DNA of 64,000 bases, taken from an uncultured Lachnospiraceae bacterium (GTDB lineage Bacteria > Bacillota > Clostridia > Lachnospirales > Lachnospiraceae). A model generated the notes under the pieces. The model made no database searches. It had not been told where the DNA came from and saw nothing but the letters and a program-made list of their open reading frames with translations. Made by a program: the position numbers and the translations under genes. The stretch spans positions 70,148 to 134,147 of the forward strand of contig CAJTMW010000002.1 in the NCBI GenBank assembly GCA_910577275.1, given 5' to 3'. How positions within the stretch are numbered: the stretch's first letter is position 1; each line of letters opens with the position of its first letter. Positions 27,876-37,340 of the stretch are shown one piece after another.

Positions 27876-29543
27876 ATGAGAAATATTTTAATCGGCGGAG
27901 CCTGGCCCTATGCAAACGGTTCTCCGCATATCGGTCACATTGCGGCGTTACTGCCGGGAGACGTGCTTGCCAGATATCACAGGGCAGCAGGCGATAACGT
28001 ATATTTTGTGTCAGGAAGCGACTGCCACGGAACGCCCGTAGCGATTCGGGCAAAACAGGAAAACAGAACGCCCCGGGAAATCAGCGATTTTTATCATGAG
28101 GAATTTGCGGAGTGCTTTGAGAAGCTGGGCTTTAGCTATGATGTGTATACGAAAACATCGTCGAAGGAGCATAAGGATTTTGTAAAGGAATTTCACAGAA
28201 AATTGTATGAAAGCGGCTATGTATATGAAAAGGAAGTCCCTCAGGCATACTGCGAGGGCTGCGGCAGCTTTCTGGCGGACCGGTTTGTATTGGGGAAATG
28301 TCCGAAATGCGGGCAGGATACCAGAGGCGACCAGTGCGACGCCTGCGGCGCGGTTCTCGAACCGGAGGCTATGAAAGAGCCGGTCTGCGCAGTCTGCAAA
28401 AAGCCGGTAAGTTTTAGAAATTCCAGACATTTATATCTTGCCGTTACCAGGCTTAAGGAGGAACTGAAAGCGCTGGTTGACTCTCATCCACAGTGGAGGA
28501 AAAACGCCATTGCATTTACAAACAGGTATATCGACGAGGGGCTGCGGGACCGCGCCCTGACAAGGGATTTGGAATGGGGTATAGAGGTTCCGAAAGAGGG
28601 CTATGAAAATAAAACGATTTATATCTGGGCGGAAAATGTGCTGGGCTATCTGTCCGCAAGCAAAACGGCAGCAGAGGCGAGAGGCGATGATTTTTACAGG
28701 CTCTGGGGAGAGGACGCGGTGCATTATTATGTGCACGGGAAGGATAATATCCCCTTTCACACGATTATTTTGCCTTCGCTTCTTCTGGCAGGCGGTGAAA
28801 ACTGGCATCTGCCGGACAGGATTGTATCGAGCGAGTACGTGACGCTGGAGGGAAGGAAAATATCCACCAGTCAGAATTATGCCGTCTGGGTAAAGGATTT
28901 GCTGGAAAATTATGAGGCGGATTCCATCCGTTATTTTTTCCTGACAAACGGGCCGGAAAAGAAGGATGCTGATTTTTCATGGAGGGAATATGTGAACAGC
29001 CATAACGGCGAGCTGCTGGGAGCGTACGGGAACTTTGTGAATCGCTGTCTGGCCTTTATCGGGAAATACTTTGGCGGGTATGTGCCGGAGGGAAGGGAGA
29101 ACGAGGAAATAAACGGGCGGATAGAGAGCCTGTTTGTGTCAGTTGGAAAACAGATTGAAAACGGCGCTTTCAAGGACGCAATCGACGAAATTTTTGAATT
29201 TGTGAGAAGCGCAAATAAATTTTTTGACGCCGAAAAGCCCTGGGTCACAAGAAACACCGATATAGCGGCCTGCAAAAATACGCTGTATCAGTGCGTTCAG
29301 ATAATTGCAAATCTTGCGGTGCTGCTGTCGCCCTTTTTGCCCTTTTCGTCGGAGAAGGTGTGTAAATGGCTTGGAATCCCCTCATCACAAATCTGGAAGA
29401 AACAATCCGTCCCGGCGGGGGTGCGGATTCCCGAGGCGGAGATACTATTTTGCAGGATAGACAAAAAGGTAATTGAAACCGAGACGGAAAAACTTAATAA
29501 ACTTTTAATTGGAATATCTTCTCTCCATGGTGTACGCTATTAA
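27876..29543 (+). CDS. metG: methionine--tRNA ligase (MetRS2-type, no C-terminal tRNA-binding domain)
   Basis: PYANG.PHIGH, two zinc knuckles (CEGC, CPKC, CDAC, CAVC), GKDNIPFH, and KISTS in place of KMSKS. Confidence 0.94.
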   Translation: MRNILIGGAWPYANGSPHIGHIAALLPGDVLARYHRAAGDNVYFVSGSDCHGTPVAIRAKQENRTPREISDFYHEEFAECFEKLGFSYDVYTKTSSKEHKDFVKEFHRKLYESGYVYEKEVPQAYCEGCGSFLADRFVLGKCPKCGQDTRGDQCDACGAVLEPEAMKEPVCAVCKKPVSFRNSRHLYLAVTRLKEELKALVDSHPQWRKNAIAFTNRYIDEGLRDRALTRDLEWGIEVPKEGYENKTIYIWAENVLGYLSASKTAAEARGDDFYRLWGEDAVHYYVHGKDNIPFHTIILPSLLLAGGENWHLPDRIVSSEYVTLEGRKISTSQNYAVWVKDLLENYEADSIRYFFLTNGPEKKDADFSWREYVNSHNGELLGAYGNFVNRCLAFIGKYFGGYVPEGRENEEINGRIESLFVSVGKQIENGAFKDAIDEIFEFVRSANKFFDAEKPWVTRNTDIAACKNTLYQCVQIIANLAVLLSPFLPFSSEKVCKWLGIPSSQIWKKQSVPAGVRIPEAEILFCRIDKKVIETETEKLNKLLIGISSLHGVRY

Positions 29544-29589
29544 AGTGTGAGAGGAAAGCAGGAACGGAACTGACAACGGGGGAGGGGCT

Positions 29590-30387
29590 ATGAACAACAA
29601 ACCGGAGCTGAGCGGAAGCACGTTAAAAATTATGGCGCTGATATTTATGCTGATTGACCACACGGCGGCGATTGTGTTTCCGCCGGTTCTGGCAAGGTAT
29701 GGCATTACTTCCTTTGGAAATATCTCCATGGAATATATGCAGGGACTTGTGGCCGCCGGCTCTATAGGCTGGCTCTATGTTCTGTACCAGATTATGCGAA
29801 GAATCCTGGGGAGGCTGGCGTTTCCCATCTACTGTTTCCTTCTGGTGGAGGGCTTTGAGAGAACGGGGAACCGGAGGAAGTACGCGGGGCGGCTTTTCCT
29901 GTTTGCTTTGATTTCGGAAATCCCCTTTAATCTGGCTTTCCGGGGGAAGGCTTTTGACGCCTCTTACCAGAATGTGTTTGTCACGCTTCTTCTGGGCTTA
30001 TTGATGATATGGATAATGGAGGCTGTAAGGGAGCGTTTCCGGGCGCGATTTCGTGAAAAGGGTCCTGGCGGAGACGGGGCGGAATGGAAGATACTGGCAG
30101 TTGACGGGGCGGTATTTTTCCTGACGGCAGCGGCGGCGGAGCTTTTACGGTGCGATTACGGAGCCCACGGGATTATTGCGGTGGGGCTGTTATACGCTTT
30201 CAGGAGAGATAAAGTAAAGCAGATGATAGCCGGGTGCGTGGCGTTTTTCTGGGAATTTACAGCGATGTTTTCCTTCGTTTTCATAGGCTGTTACAACGGA
30301 AAACGGGGAATCAGGCTGAAATATATATTTTACCTGTTTTATCCGGCGCATTTGCTGGCGCTGTATCTGATAGCAAGATGTGTTTAG
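29590..30387 (+). CDS. TraX family membrane protein (putative acyltransferase)
   Basis: LKIMALIFMLIDH, GRLAFPIYCFLLVEGF..T, ALISEIPF, QNVFVTL, DYG and FYLFYPAHL motifs. Confidence 0.88.
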   Translation: MNNKPELSGSTLKIMALIFMLIDHTAAIVFPPVLARYGITSFGNISMEYMQGLVAAGSIGWLYVLYQIMRRILGRLAFPIYCFLLVEGFERTGNRRKYAGRLFLFALISEIPFNLAFRGKAFDASYQNVFVTLLLGLLMIWIMEAVRERFRARFREKGPGGDGAEWKILAVDGAVFFLTAAAAELLRCDYGAHGIIAVGLLYAFRRDKVKQMIAGCVAFFWEFTAMFSFVFIGCYNGKRGIRLKYIFYLFYPAHLLALYLIARCV

Positions 30388-30403
30388 GCGGGAAAGGAGA
30401 GCT

Positions 30404-32242
30404 ATGAAAAGATACTGGAAGTATATCAAACCTTATTTGCCGGCCTTTATTATCGGGCCGATGATGATGATTGTGGAGGTCATCGGGGAGGTGGCTTTGC
30501 CCAAGTTTATGGCCAATATCATCAACGTAGGCGCGGTTGACCATAACGTGCCGTACATCATCAGCATGGGAATCACCATGATTATCACGGCGCTTCTTAT
30601 GATGGCGGGGGGAATCGGCGGCGCTTATTTTGCGGCGAAGGCGTCCATCAGCTTTGCCGCCGACTTAAGAAGCGATGTGTTTGACAAGGTGCAGAAATTT
30701 TCCTTTGCCAATCTGGATAAGTTCAGCACGGGTTCACTGGTGACCAGACTGACAAACGACATTACCCAGGTGCAGAATCTGATTAACATGGCGCTGCGCA
30801 TGATGCTCCGGGCGCCGGGAATGCTGATTGGCGCGCTGATTATGGCGCTCACAATGAACGCCCAGCTTTCCATTGTGGTGCTGGTCGTGATTCCGGTTTT
30901 GATTCTTCTGATTATTGTCATCATAAAGACGGCGTTTCCCCGCTTTGACGCCATGCAGAAAAAGCTGGACGCCTTAAATTCCCATATTCAGGAAATGCTG
31001 ACAAACGTCCGGGTCATCAAATCCTTTGTGCGGGGAAGCTATGAGGAGGAGCGGTTTGTGGAGTCGAATAAGGAGCTGAAAGAGTCCAGTCTGTCCGCTT
31101 TCCGGGCGGTGATTCTGACAATGCCGATTATGATGATGCTCATGAATGTGACCACCCTTGGAATTGTGTGGTTCGGCGGAAGGCAGATTCTGGCAGGGGA
31201 TATGCCGGTGGGGGATTTGACGGCTTTTACTTCTTATATTGTGCAGATTTTAATGTCCCTTATGATGCTGGCAATGGTGCTTTTGCAGAGCTCGAGGGCG
31301 CTGGCGTCGCTGCACCGTATCACGGAGGTGCTGGACACGGAGGTGACCTTAAGCGACGAGGGCTGCGCCCTTCCCGACAAAGAAGTGATGCGCGGCGACG
31401 TGGAGTTTCGGGACGTGACTTTCCGTTATTATAAGGAAAATAAAGAGGCGGTGCTTTCCCATGTGAGCTTTCGGGTAAAGGGCGGGCAGGTGCTGGGTAT
31501 TATCGGCTCCACCGGAAGCGGAAAGACCACGCTGGTGCAGATGATTCCAAGGCTTTATGACGTGGACGAGGGAGCGGTGCTGGTGGACGGCGTGAACGTA
31601 AAGGATTATTCCTTAAAGCATTTGCGGGACGGCGTGGGAATGGTTCTGCAGAAAAACGTGCTCTTTTCCGGGACAATTGTGGAAAACCTCATGTGGGGCG
31701 ACGGCGCGGCTTCCATGGAGGAGGTGCGCGCCGCAGCCGCAGCCGCTGCGGCCGACCCTTTTGTGAGCTCTTTCACGGAGGGATACCTGACAGAGCTGGG
31801 TCAGGGCGGCGTCAATGTGTCCGGCGGACAGAAGCAGCGTCTCTGTATTGCAAGGGCGCTTTTGAAAAAGCCGAAAATACTGATACTGGACGACTCTACC
31901 AGCGCAGTGGATACCGCCACCGAGGCCAAAATCCGGGAGAGCTTTCACACGACGCTTAAGGGAGCAACGAAGATTATCATTGCCCAGAGGATTACGTCGG
32001 TGATGGACGCCGACCAGATTCTGGTGATGGACGAGGGAAGCATAGTGGGGCTTGGCACCCATGAAGAGCTTCTGGCGGAATGCGAGGCTTATCAGGAGAT
32101 TTACTATTCCCAGATGGACAGAAAAAGCGCAGGGGGTGCGGCGGATGCCCCGGCATCTGCGGTTACGGAGGCAGCCGCTTCGGAAGCTGCCGGAAATTCT
32201 TCCGCGGATGAGGGCGCAGGAACAGGAGGTGGGATGTCATGA
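30404..32242 (+). CDS. heterodimeric multidrug-type ABC exporter, subunit 1 (degenerate site)
   Basis: TM domain plus NBD with GSTGSGKT, VSGGQKQR and ILDDSTSAVD (degenerate Walker B). Confidence 0.92.
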   Translation: MKRYWKYIKPYLPAFIIGPMMMIVEVIGEVALPKFMANIINVGAVDHNVPYIISMGITMIITALLMMAGGIGGAYFAAKASISFAADLRSDVFDKVQKFSFANLDKFSTGSLVTRLTNDITQVQNLINMALRMMLRAPGMLIGALIMALTMNAQLSIVVLVVIPVLILLIIVIIKTAFPRFDAMQKKLDALNSHIQEMLTNVRVIKSFVRGSYEEERFVESNKELKESSLSAFRAVILTMPIMMMLMNVTTLGIVWFGGRQILAGDMPVGDLTAFTSYIVQILMSLMMLAMVLLQSSRALASLHRITEVLDTEVTLSDEGCALPDKEVMRGDVEFRDVTFRYYKENKEAVLSHVSFRVKGGQVLGIIGSTGSGKTTLVQMIPRLYDVDEGAVLVDGVNVKDYSLKHLRDGVGMVLQKNVLFSGTIVENLMWGDGAASMEEVRAAAAAAAADPFVSSFTEGYLTELGQGGVNVSGGQKQRLCIARALLKKPKILILDDSTSAVDTATEAKIRESFHTTLKGATKIIIAQRITSVMDADQILVMDEGSIVGLGTHEELLAECEAYQEIYYSQMDRKSAGGAADAPASAVTEAAASEAAGNSSADEGAGTGGGMS

Positions 32243-34311
32243 GGCAGGAAAAGCTGGAATATTTTCAGAAAAAATATGAAAGCCGGTTGAATCCCTCCGG
32301 GAATCTTGGCGCGGCCGGTGCGAAAAGCGGGGGCGCCGGTTCGGGCGCGGCAGGCCCGCATGGGGCGAACGGGCCGGGTTCCGGGCATGGCAGAGGCATG
32401 GGCCGGGGACCGGGCATGGGCGGCCGCAGAGGACAGGGGCGAGGACCGGGCGGGAAGCCCAAAAACGTGAAGAAAACCCTGGGGCGGCTTCTGGGCTATA
32501 TTTCGGGCGAAAAGCTAAAGCTTTTTATCGTCTTTTTATGCGTCATCGGAGGAACCGCCGCCAATCTGGCAGGCTCCTATATGCTGCGTCCGATTATCAA
32601 CGGGCTTACCGATGAAAACGGAAGCGTGACGACTCTGCTTCGGGGAATCCTTATGATGGCGGCGATTTATGTGTCCGGGGTGCTTGCCCAGTATTTACAG
32701 CAGAGAATCATGATAGGGATTTCCCAGAACGCTATTTTCAGGCTGAGGAACGAGCTGTACGGAAAGATGCAGAAGCTCCCGGTGAGATATTACGACACCA
32801 ACAACCACGGGGATGTGATGAGCCGCTTTACAAATGATGTGGATGTGGTGGGGGAGATGCTCAACAATACGGTGGTGCAGTTGATTTCGGGAACCATCAA
32901 CATCATCGGCACCTTTGCGCTCATGGTATACACCAATGTGTGGCTGACTTTGATTACGGTGTTTATGATACCTGTAATGCTGAAAGCGGTGCAGGCAGTA
33001 GGCAGCAGGAGCAGGAAATATTACAGCGCCCAGCAGGCGGCAATCGGCACCTTAAACGGTTATATCGAGGAGACGGTTACGGGACAGAAGGTGGTTAAGG
33101 TCTTTAACCACGAGGACGATGCAAGGGACGAATTTGAATATCTCAACAGGGACCTTCGGAGCAAGCAGATTAAGGCGCAGTTCTTCGGCGGCATCATGGG
33201 GCCTGTTATGGGGAACTTAAGTCAGGTGAGCTACTCCCTGACGGCCTGTATCGGCGGGATTTTGTGCGTGCTCCGGGGCTTTGACCTGGGCGGCCTTACG
33301 GTTTTCGTGAATTATTCAAGGCAGTTTTCACGGCCGATTAACGAGGTAGCCATGCAGGTAAACACCATCTTTTCCGCACTGGCAGGAGCGGAGAGGGTTT
33401 TTGCCGTGATGGACGAGGCGCCGGAAGCGGAAGATGTGGAGAACGCTGTTCAAATTGTGGAGGACGCCGCGTCAGGAAAGAGCCTTTACCGTATTCCCAG
33501 AGGAAGCTCCATTGCAGGGGAAGAAGGCTTTATGGAGAATGTGGTTAAAGAGGATGACAATGCCTGTTATAAGGAGGTAAAGGGCGCGGTTACGCTGAAC
33601 GATGTCACCTTCGGATATAATCCCGACAAAACCATATTAAAGAACGTGTCCCTGTACGCAAAGCCGGGGCAGAAGATTGCCTTTGTGGGCTCTACCGGCG
33701 CGGGAAAAACGACAATTACCAACCTGATTAACCGGTTTTATGATATCGATGCGGGAAGCATCACCATAGATGGCATTCCCGTCACGGAAATAGAGAGGGA
33801 TTCCCTTCGCAGAAATATTTCCATGGTGTTGCAGGACACCCATTTGTTTACGGGAACGGTCCGGGAAAATATCAGGTACGGCAGGCTGGACGCAACCGAC
33901 GAGGAGGTGGAGCAGGCGGCAAGGACGGCCAGCGCCCATTCCTTTATCGTGCATCTGGAACACGGCTATGATACCATGCTCGAGGGGGACGGCGCAAACC
34001 TGAGCCAGGGGCAGAGGCAGCTTATCAATATTGCAAGGGCGGCCATCTCCAAAGCGCCCATTCTCATTCTGGACGAGGCCACCAGCTCCGTGGATACCAG
34101 AACGGAAAAGCACATTGAAAAGGGCATGGACAGACTGATGGCGGAGAGAACAACGCTGGTGATTGCCCACAGGCTCTCCACGGTGCGCAATGCAAACGCA
34201 ATTATGGTGCTGGAAAACGGAGAGATTATCGAGCGCGGCGACCATGACGATTTGCTGGCGCAAAAGGGAAGATACTACGAGCTTTACACAGGGCTTTGCG
34301 AGCTGGATTAG
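32239..34311 (+). CDS. heterodimeric multidrug-type ABC exporter, subunit 2
   Basis: TM domain plus NBD with GSTGAGKT, LSQGQRQ, ILDEATSSVD and IAHRLST; Gly-rich N-terminus; ATGA overlap. Confidence 0.92.
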   Translation: MRQEKLEYFQKKYESRLNPSGNLGAAGAKSGGAGSGAAGPHGANGPGSGHGRGMGRGPGMGGRRGQGRGPGGKPKNVKKTLGRLLGYISGEKLKLFIVFLCVIGGTAANLAGSYMLRPIINGLTDENGSVTTLLRGILMMAAIYVSGVLAQYLQQRIMIGISQNAIFRLRNELYGKMQKLPVRYYDTNNHGDVMSRFTNDVDVVGEMLNNTVVQLISGTINIIGTFALMVYTNVWLTLITVFMIPVMLKAVQAVGSRSRKYYSAQQAAIGTLNGYIEETVTGQKVVKVFNHEDDARDEFEYLNRDLRSKQIKAQFFGGIMGPVMGNLSQVSYSLTACIGGILCVLRGFDLGGLTVFVNYSRQFSRPINEVAMQVNTIFSALAGAERVFAVMDEAPEAEDVENAVQIVEDAASGKSLYRIPRGSSIAGEEGFMENVVKEDDNACYKEVKGAVTLNDVTFGYNPDKTILKNVSLYAKPGQKIAFVGSTGAGKTTITNLINRFYDIDAGSITIDGIPVTEIERDSLRRNISMVLQDTHLFTGTVRENIRYGRLDATDEEVEQAARTASAHSFIVHLEHGYDTMLEGDGANLSQGQRQLINIARAAISKAPILILDEATSSVDTRTEKHIEKGMDRLMAERTTLVIAHRLSTVRNANAIMVLENGEIIERGDHDDLLAQKGRYYELYTGLCELD

Positions 34312-34395
34312 TTATGGCAGGCAGCAAGGCAAACACGGCGGTTTGCGTATAACCTGATAAAAGAGGTGCAAATGAAATAAGCAGGAGTGTTGGCA

Positions 34396-34410
34396 ATAGG
34401 TTATGCCTAT
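34396..34410. promoter_or_regulatory. putative LysR (MtaR/CmbR-type) box upstream of metQ
   Basis: ATAG-N7-CTAT palindrome (T-N11-A); a LysR gene lies just downstream of metQ. Confidence 0.5.
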
Positions 34411-34524
34411 CACCGGTAACATTATTTAGGTATTGTACAGAGAGGGGATAGAGTGCTATACTCTCTCTTGACAAAAGATTTGCGGCCGAAGGGAAAGAAG
34501 CGGCGCAGAAGGAGGAAAATCATT

Positions 34525-35337
34525 ATGAAAAAATTTTTAGCGGTACTTTTAACAGGGGTTCTGGCTGTAGGCGTTCTTGGCGGTTGCGGCGGAAAGGGCG
34601 CCGACGACAAGGTAATCAAGGTGGCGGCTTCCGCAACGCCCCATGCAGAGCTTTTGGAGCAGGCGAAGCCAATCCTTGCGGACAAAGGCTATGATTTGCA
34701 GGTGACGGTGTTTGACGATTATGTACAGCCCAACGAGGTAGTGGAGAGCGGCGACTTCGACGCCAACTATTTCCAGCATATTCCCTATCTTGACAGCTTC
34801 AACGAGGAAAAAGGAACCCACCTTGTAAACGCAGGCGGCATTCACTATGAGCCCTTTGGAATCTATCCCGGAACAAAGAGCGATTTGGGGAGCGTGGCGG
34901 ACGGCGACAGCGTGGCGGTTCCCAACGATACCACCAACGAGGCGAGAGCCCTTTTACTTTTACAGGATAACGGACTGATTACCTTAAAGAGCGGCGCTGG
35001 CCTGAATGCCACCGTAAATGATATTGAAGAAAATCCCTACAATCTGGAAATTGTGGAGCTTGAGGCGGCGCAGGTGCCCAGAGTAGTGGAGGAGGTTGCT
35101 TTCGTGGTACTTAACGGAAACTATGCGCTGGAAGCAGGCTATTCCGTTGCAAAAGACGCTCTGGCTTATGAGAGCTCCGATTCCGAGGCAGCCAAAACCT
35201 ATGTGAACGTAATTGCAGTAAAGGAAGGCAACGAGAACGCCGACAAGATTAAGGCTCTGGTGGAGGCGCTGAAGTCGGATACGGTTAAGACCTACATAAC
35301 GGATACTTATGACGGAGCGGTAATTCCTTTTGCCTGA
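34525..35337 (+). CDS. metQ: MetQ/NlpA methionine-binding lipoprotein
   Basis: Lipobox LGGC; PHAE, FDDYVQPN, DANYFQH.PY, HYEP and PNDTTNEARAL motifs; AAGGAGG RBS. Confidence 0.92.
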   Translation: MKKFLAVLLTGVLAVGVLGGCGGKGADDKVIKVAASATPHAELLEQAKPILADKGYDLQVTVFDDYVQPNEVVESGDFDANYFQHIPYLDSFNEEKGTHLVNAGGIHYEPFGIYPGTKSDLGSVADGDSVAVPNDTTNEARALLLLQDNGLITLKSGAGLNATVNDIEENPYNLEIVELEAAQVPRVVEEVAFVVLNGNYALEAGYSVAKDALAYESSDSEAAKTYVNVIAVKEGNENADKIKALVEALKSDTVKTYITDTYDGAVIPFA

Positions 35338-35357
35338 TTCCGTTGAGGGACCGCATA

Positions 35358-35420
35358 CCGGCAGCTCTGCCGCGGGGCGTTGCCTTTTGCGGATAGAAGA
35401 TATCCGGCAGCTCTGCCGCG
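35358..35420 (+). repeat. 17-bp palindromic direct repeat x2 after metQ
   Basis: CCGGCAGCTCTGCCGCG at 35358 and 35404. Confidence 0.7.
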
Positions 35421-35554
35421 CGGGGGCGCTGGCCTTGCGGTCAGAAGATATTCAAAAGTAAGTGATAAGAGCAGATACACAGGGAAGCGAAGTTTGCCTT
35501 TGTGCGTCTGCTCTTTGACTAAGTACGCACCGGAGTGCAAAGGGGGGAGGGAAA

Positions 35555-36463
35555 ATGACACTTACACAACTGCGCTACGTGATTGCAATTGCAGACACCG
35601 GTTCCATGAACGAGGCCGCAAGAACCCTTTTTATCGCTCAGCCCAGCCTGTCCCAGGCGGTCAGGGAGCTGGAGGAGGAAATCGGAATCACCCTGTTTCG
35701 CAGAAGCAACAGGGGCGTGAAGATTACCCCCGAGGGAAAGGAGTTCCTTGGCTATGCCAGACAGGTGGCGGAGCAGTATCAGCTTATGGAGGACAGGTAT
35801 ATTACCCGAAAAAACAGCCGGAAGCGTTTCGGTGTTTCCATGCAGCATTACACCTTTGCGGTGAAGGCATTCGTGGAGATGGTGAAGCAGTTCGGCATGG
35901 ACGAGTACGAATTTGCCGTCCACGAGACCAAAACTTACGAGGTGATAGAGGATGTAAAAAATTTTAAGAGTGAAATCGGCATTCTTTATCTCAATGATTT
36001 TAACAGGGCGGTGCTGACAAAGCTTTTTAAGGAGTTTGAGCTGGAATTTCATGAGCTGCTTACCTGCGGCGTATATGTGTATATGTGGAAAGGGCACCCT
36101 CTTGCCGGGAAAGAGGAGATTGCGCTGGAGGAGCTGGACGCATACCCCTGCCTTTCCTTTGAGCAGGGAGCCAACAATTCCTTTTATTTTGCGGAGGAGG
36201 TGCTGAGCACCTATGCCTATAAGCGGCTGATTAAGGCCAACGACAGGGCGACGCTGTTGAATCTCATGGTGGGGCTGAACGCTTATACCCTGTGCTGCGG
36301 CATTATCTGCGAGAGCTTAAACGGCTCGGATTACTGTGCGGTGAAGCTGAAATCCGACGAGGTGATGGCTATTGGCTACCTGAAAAGAAAAGGGGCGGCG
36401 CTCAGTCCGCTGGGACAGAAGTATCTGGAAGAAATCGGGAAGTTCAGGGAGAGTGTGCTGTGA
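35555..36463 (+). CDS. LysR family regulator (MtaR/CmbR-like, sulfur amino-acid metabolism)
   Basis: MTLTQLRY..GSMNEAARTLFIAQPSLS HTH; SMQHYTF, YPCLSFEQG..SFYFAEE and NDRATL motifs. Confidence 0.9.
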   Translation: MTLTQLRYVIAIADTGSMNEAARTLFIAQPSLSQAVRELEEEIGITLFRRSNRGVKITPEGKEFLGYARQVAEQYQLMEDRYITRKNSRKRFGVSMQHYTFAVKAFVEMVKQFGMDEYEFAVHETKTYEVIEDVKNFKSEIGILYLNDFNRAVLTKLFKEFELEFHELLTCGVYVYMWKGHPLAGKEEIALEELDAYPCLSFEQGANNSFYFAEEVLSTYAYKRLIKANDRATLLNLMVGLNAYTLCCGIICESLNGSDYCAVKLKSDEVMAIGYLKRKGAALSPLGQKYLEEIGKFRESVL

Positions 36464-36522
36464 CTGTTAAACAGATTGTAACAGAAAGGAATTGAATCCC
36501 GTGAATCCGGCTGAAAAAATAC

Positions 36523-36551
36523 TTGCAGGTAATGTATAGATATGGTATTCT
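36523..36551 (+). promoter_or_regulatory. sigmaA promoter of the RNA-DUF3800 unit
   Basis: TTGCAG-N17-TATTCT with extended TG. Confidence 0.6.
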
Positions 36552-36585
36552 TTAAACAGAATAATAAAGGAATTAGTTAAAAATT

Positions 36586-36637
36586 TGGTCTGGGCGAAAG
36601 CTCTTTGGACCACCGCAGGCGGGAAGAATTTCCCGCC
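36586..36637 (+). ncRNA. candidate DUF3800-associated structured RNA (two hairpins)
   Basis: TGGTCT-GGGC-GAAA-GCTC-TTT-GGACCA, a CCGCA linker, then GGCGGGAA-GAAT-TTCCCGCC. GC-rich island in an AT-rich leader; no U-tract typical of a terminator. Confidence 0.6.
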
Positions 36638-36663
36638 ATTTCTAATATACATGGGGAATACGA

Positions 36664-37338
36664 ATGAAAGAATTAAGCATCTTCATAGATGAATCAGGGG
36701 ATTTTGGAGAGATAAAGGAACGTCCGGCATACTATCTGGTAACATTTGTTTTTCATAATCAGAATGATGGTATAGGACGGCAAGTTTCTATGTTGGAAGA
36801 AGGGGTAAAAAATGCCGGATTTGATGTAGAGTATATACATACTGGACCGGTAATCCGCAGGGAGGAGGTTTTTGAAAAATATTCTGTTGATGAAAGAAGA
36901 AAGTTACTTTACAGGATGCTGAATTTTGTTAATTCGAGTCCGATTTCTTATCTGACAGTTGTTATAGACAGAAAAGAAGCGGCAGATAAGGTTGCTTTGT
37001 CAGGTAGATTAGCTAAAGCAATACATATGGCAATAAGCGCACATCAGGATTTTTTTATGAGTTTTGATAAGATTATTGTGTATTATGATAACGGGCAGAA
37101 CGAGCTTAGCGCCATTCTTAATGCTGTGTTTTCAATACAGTTTTCAAATGTTGAGTTCAGGAAAGCAGCACCACAGAAATACAGGTTATTGCAGGCGGCA
37201 GATTTTATCTGCTCTATGGATTTGTTAAGAATTAAAAGAGATGAGAAGCGGCTTAGCAAATCAGAAGAAAAATTTTTTTATAAGCCGCAGGAGCTAAAGA
37301 AAACCTTTTTGAAAAGTATAGAGAAAAAGAAATTATAA
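36664..37338 (+). CDS. DUF3800 domain protein (RNase H-like fold)
   Basis: N-terminal FIDESG and C-terminal LLQAADFIC motifs; AT-rich gene. Confidence 0.85.
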   Translation: MKELSIFIDESGDFGEIKERPAYYLVTFVFHNQNDGIGRQVSMLEEGVKNAGFDVEYIHTGPVIRREEVFEKYSVDERRKLLYRMLNFVNSSPISYLTVVIDRKEAADKVALSGRLAKAIHMAISAHQDFFMSFDKIIVYYDNGQNELSAILNAVFSIQFSNVEFRKAAPQKYRLLQAADFICSMDLLRIKRDEKRLSKSEEKFFYKPQELKKTFLKSIEKKKL

Positions 37339-37340
37339 AG

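Noticed and set aside
29590..30387. TraX as evidence for a conjugative element
   Set aside because: No other tra, relaxase or T4SS genes; TraX-family proteins are commonly stand-alone chromosomal membrane proteins.
36494..36502. GAATCCCGT matching the tRNA-Ala T-arm as a possible attR of an ~11-kb island
   Set aside because: Only 9 bp match, no integrase is present, and the intervening genes look host-like; compatible with chance.
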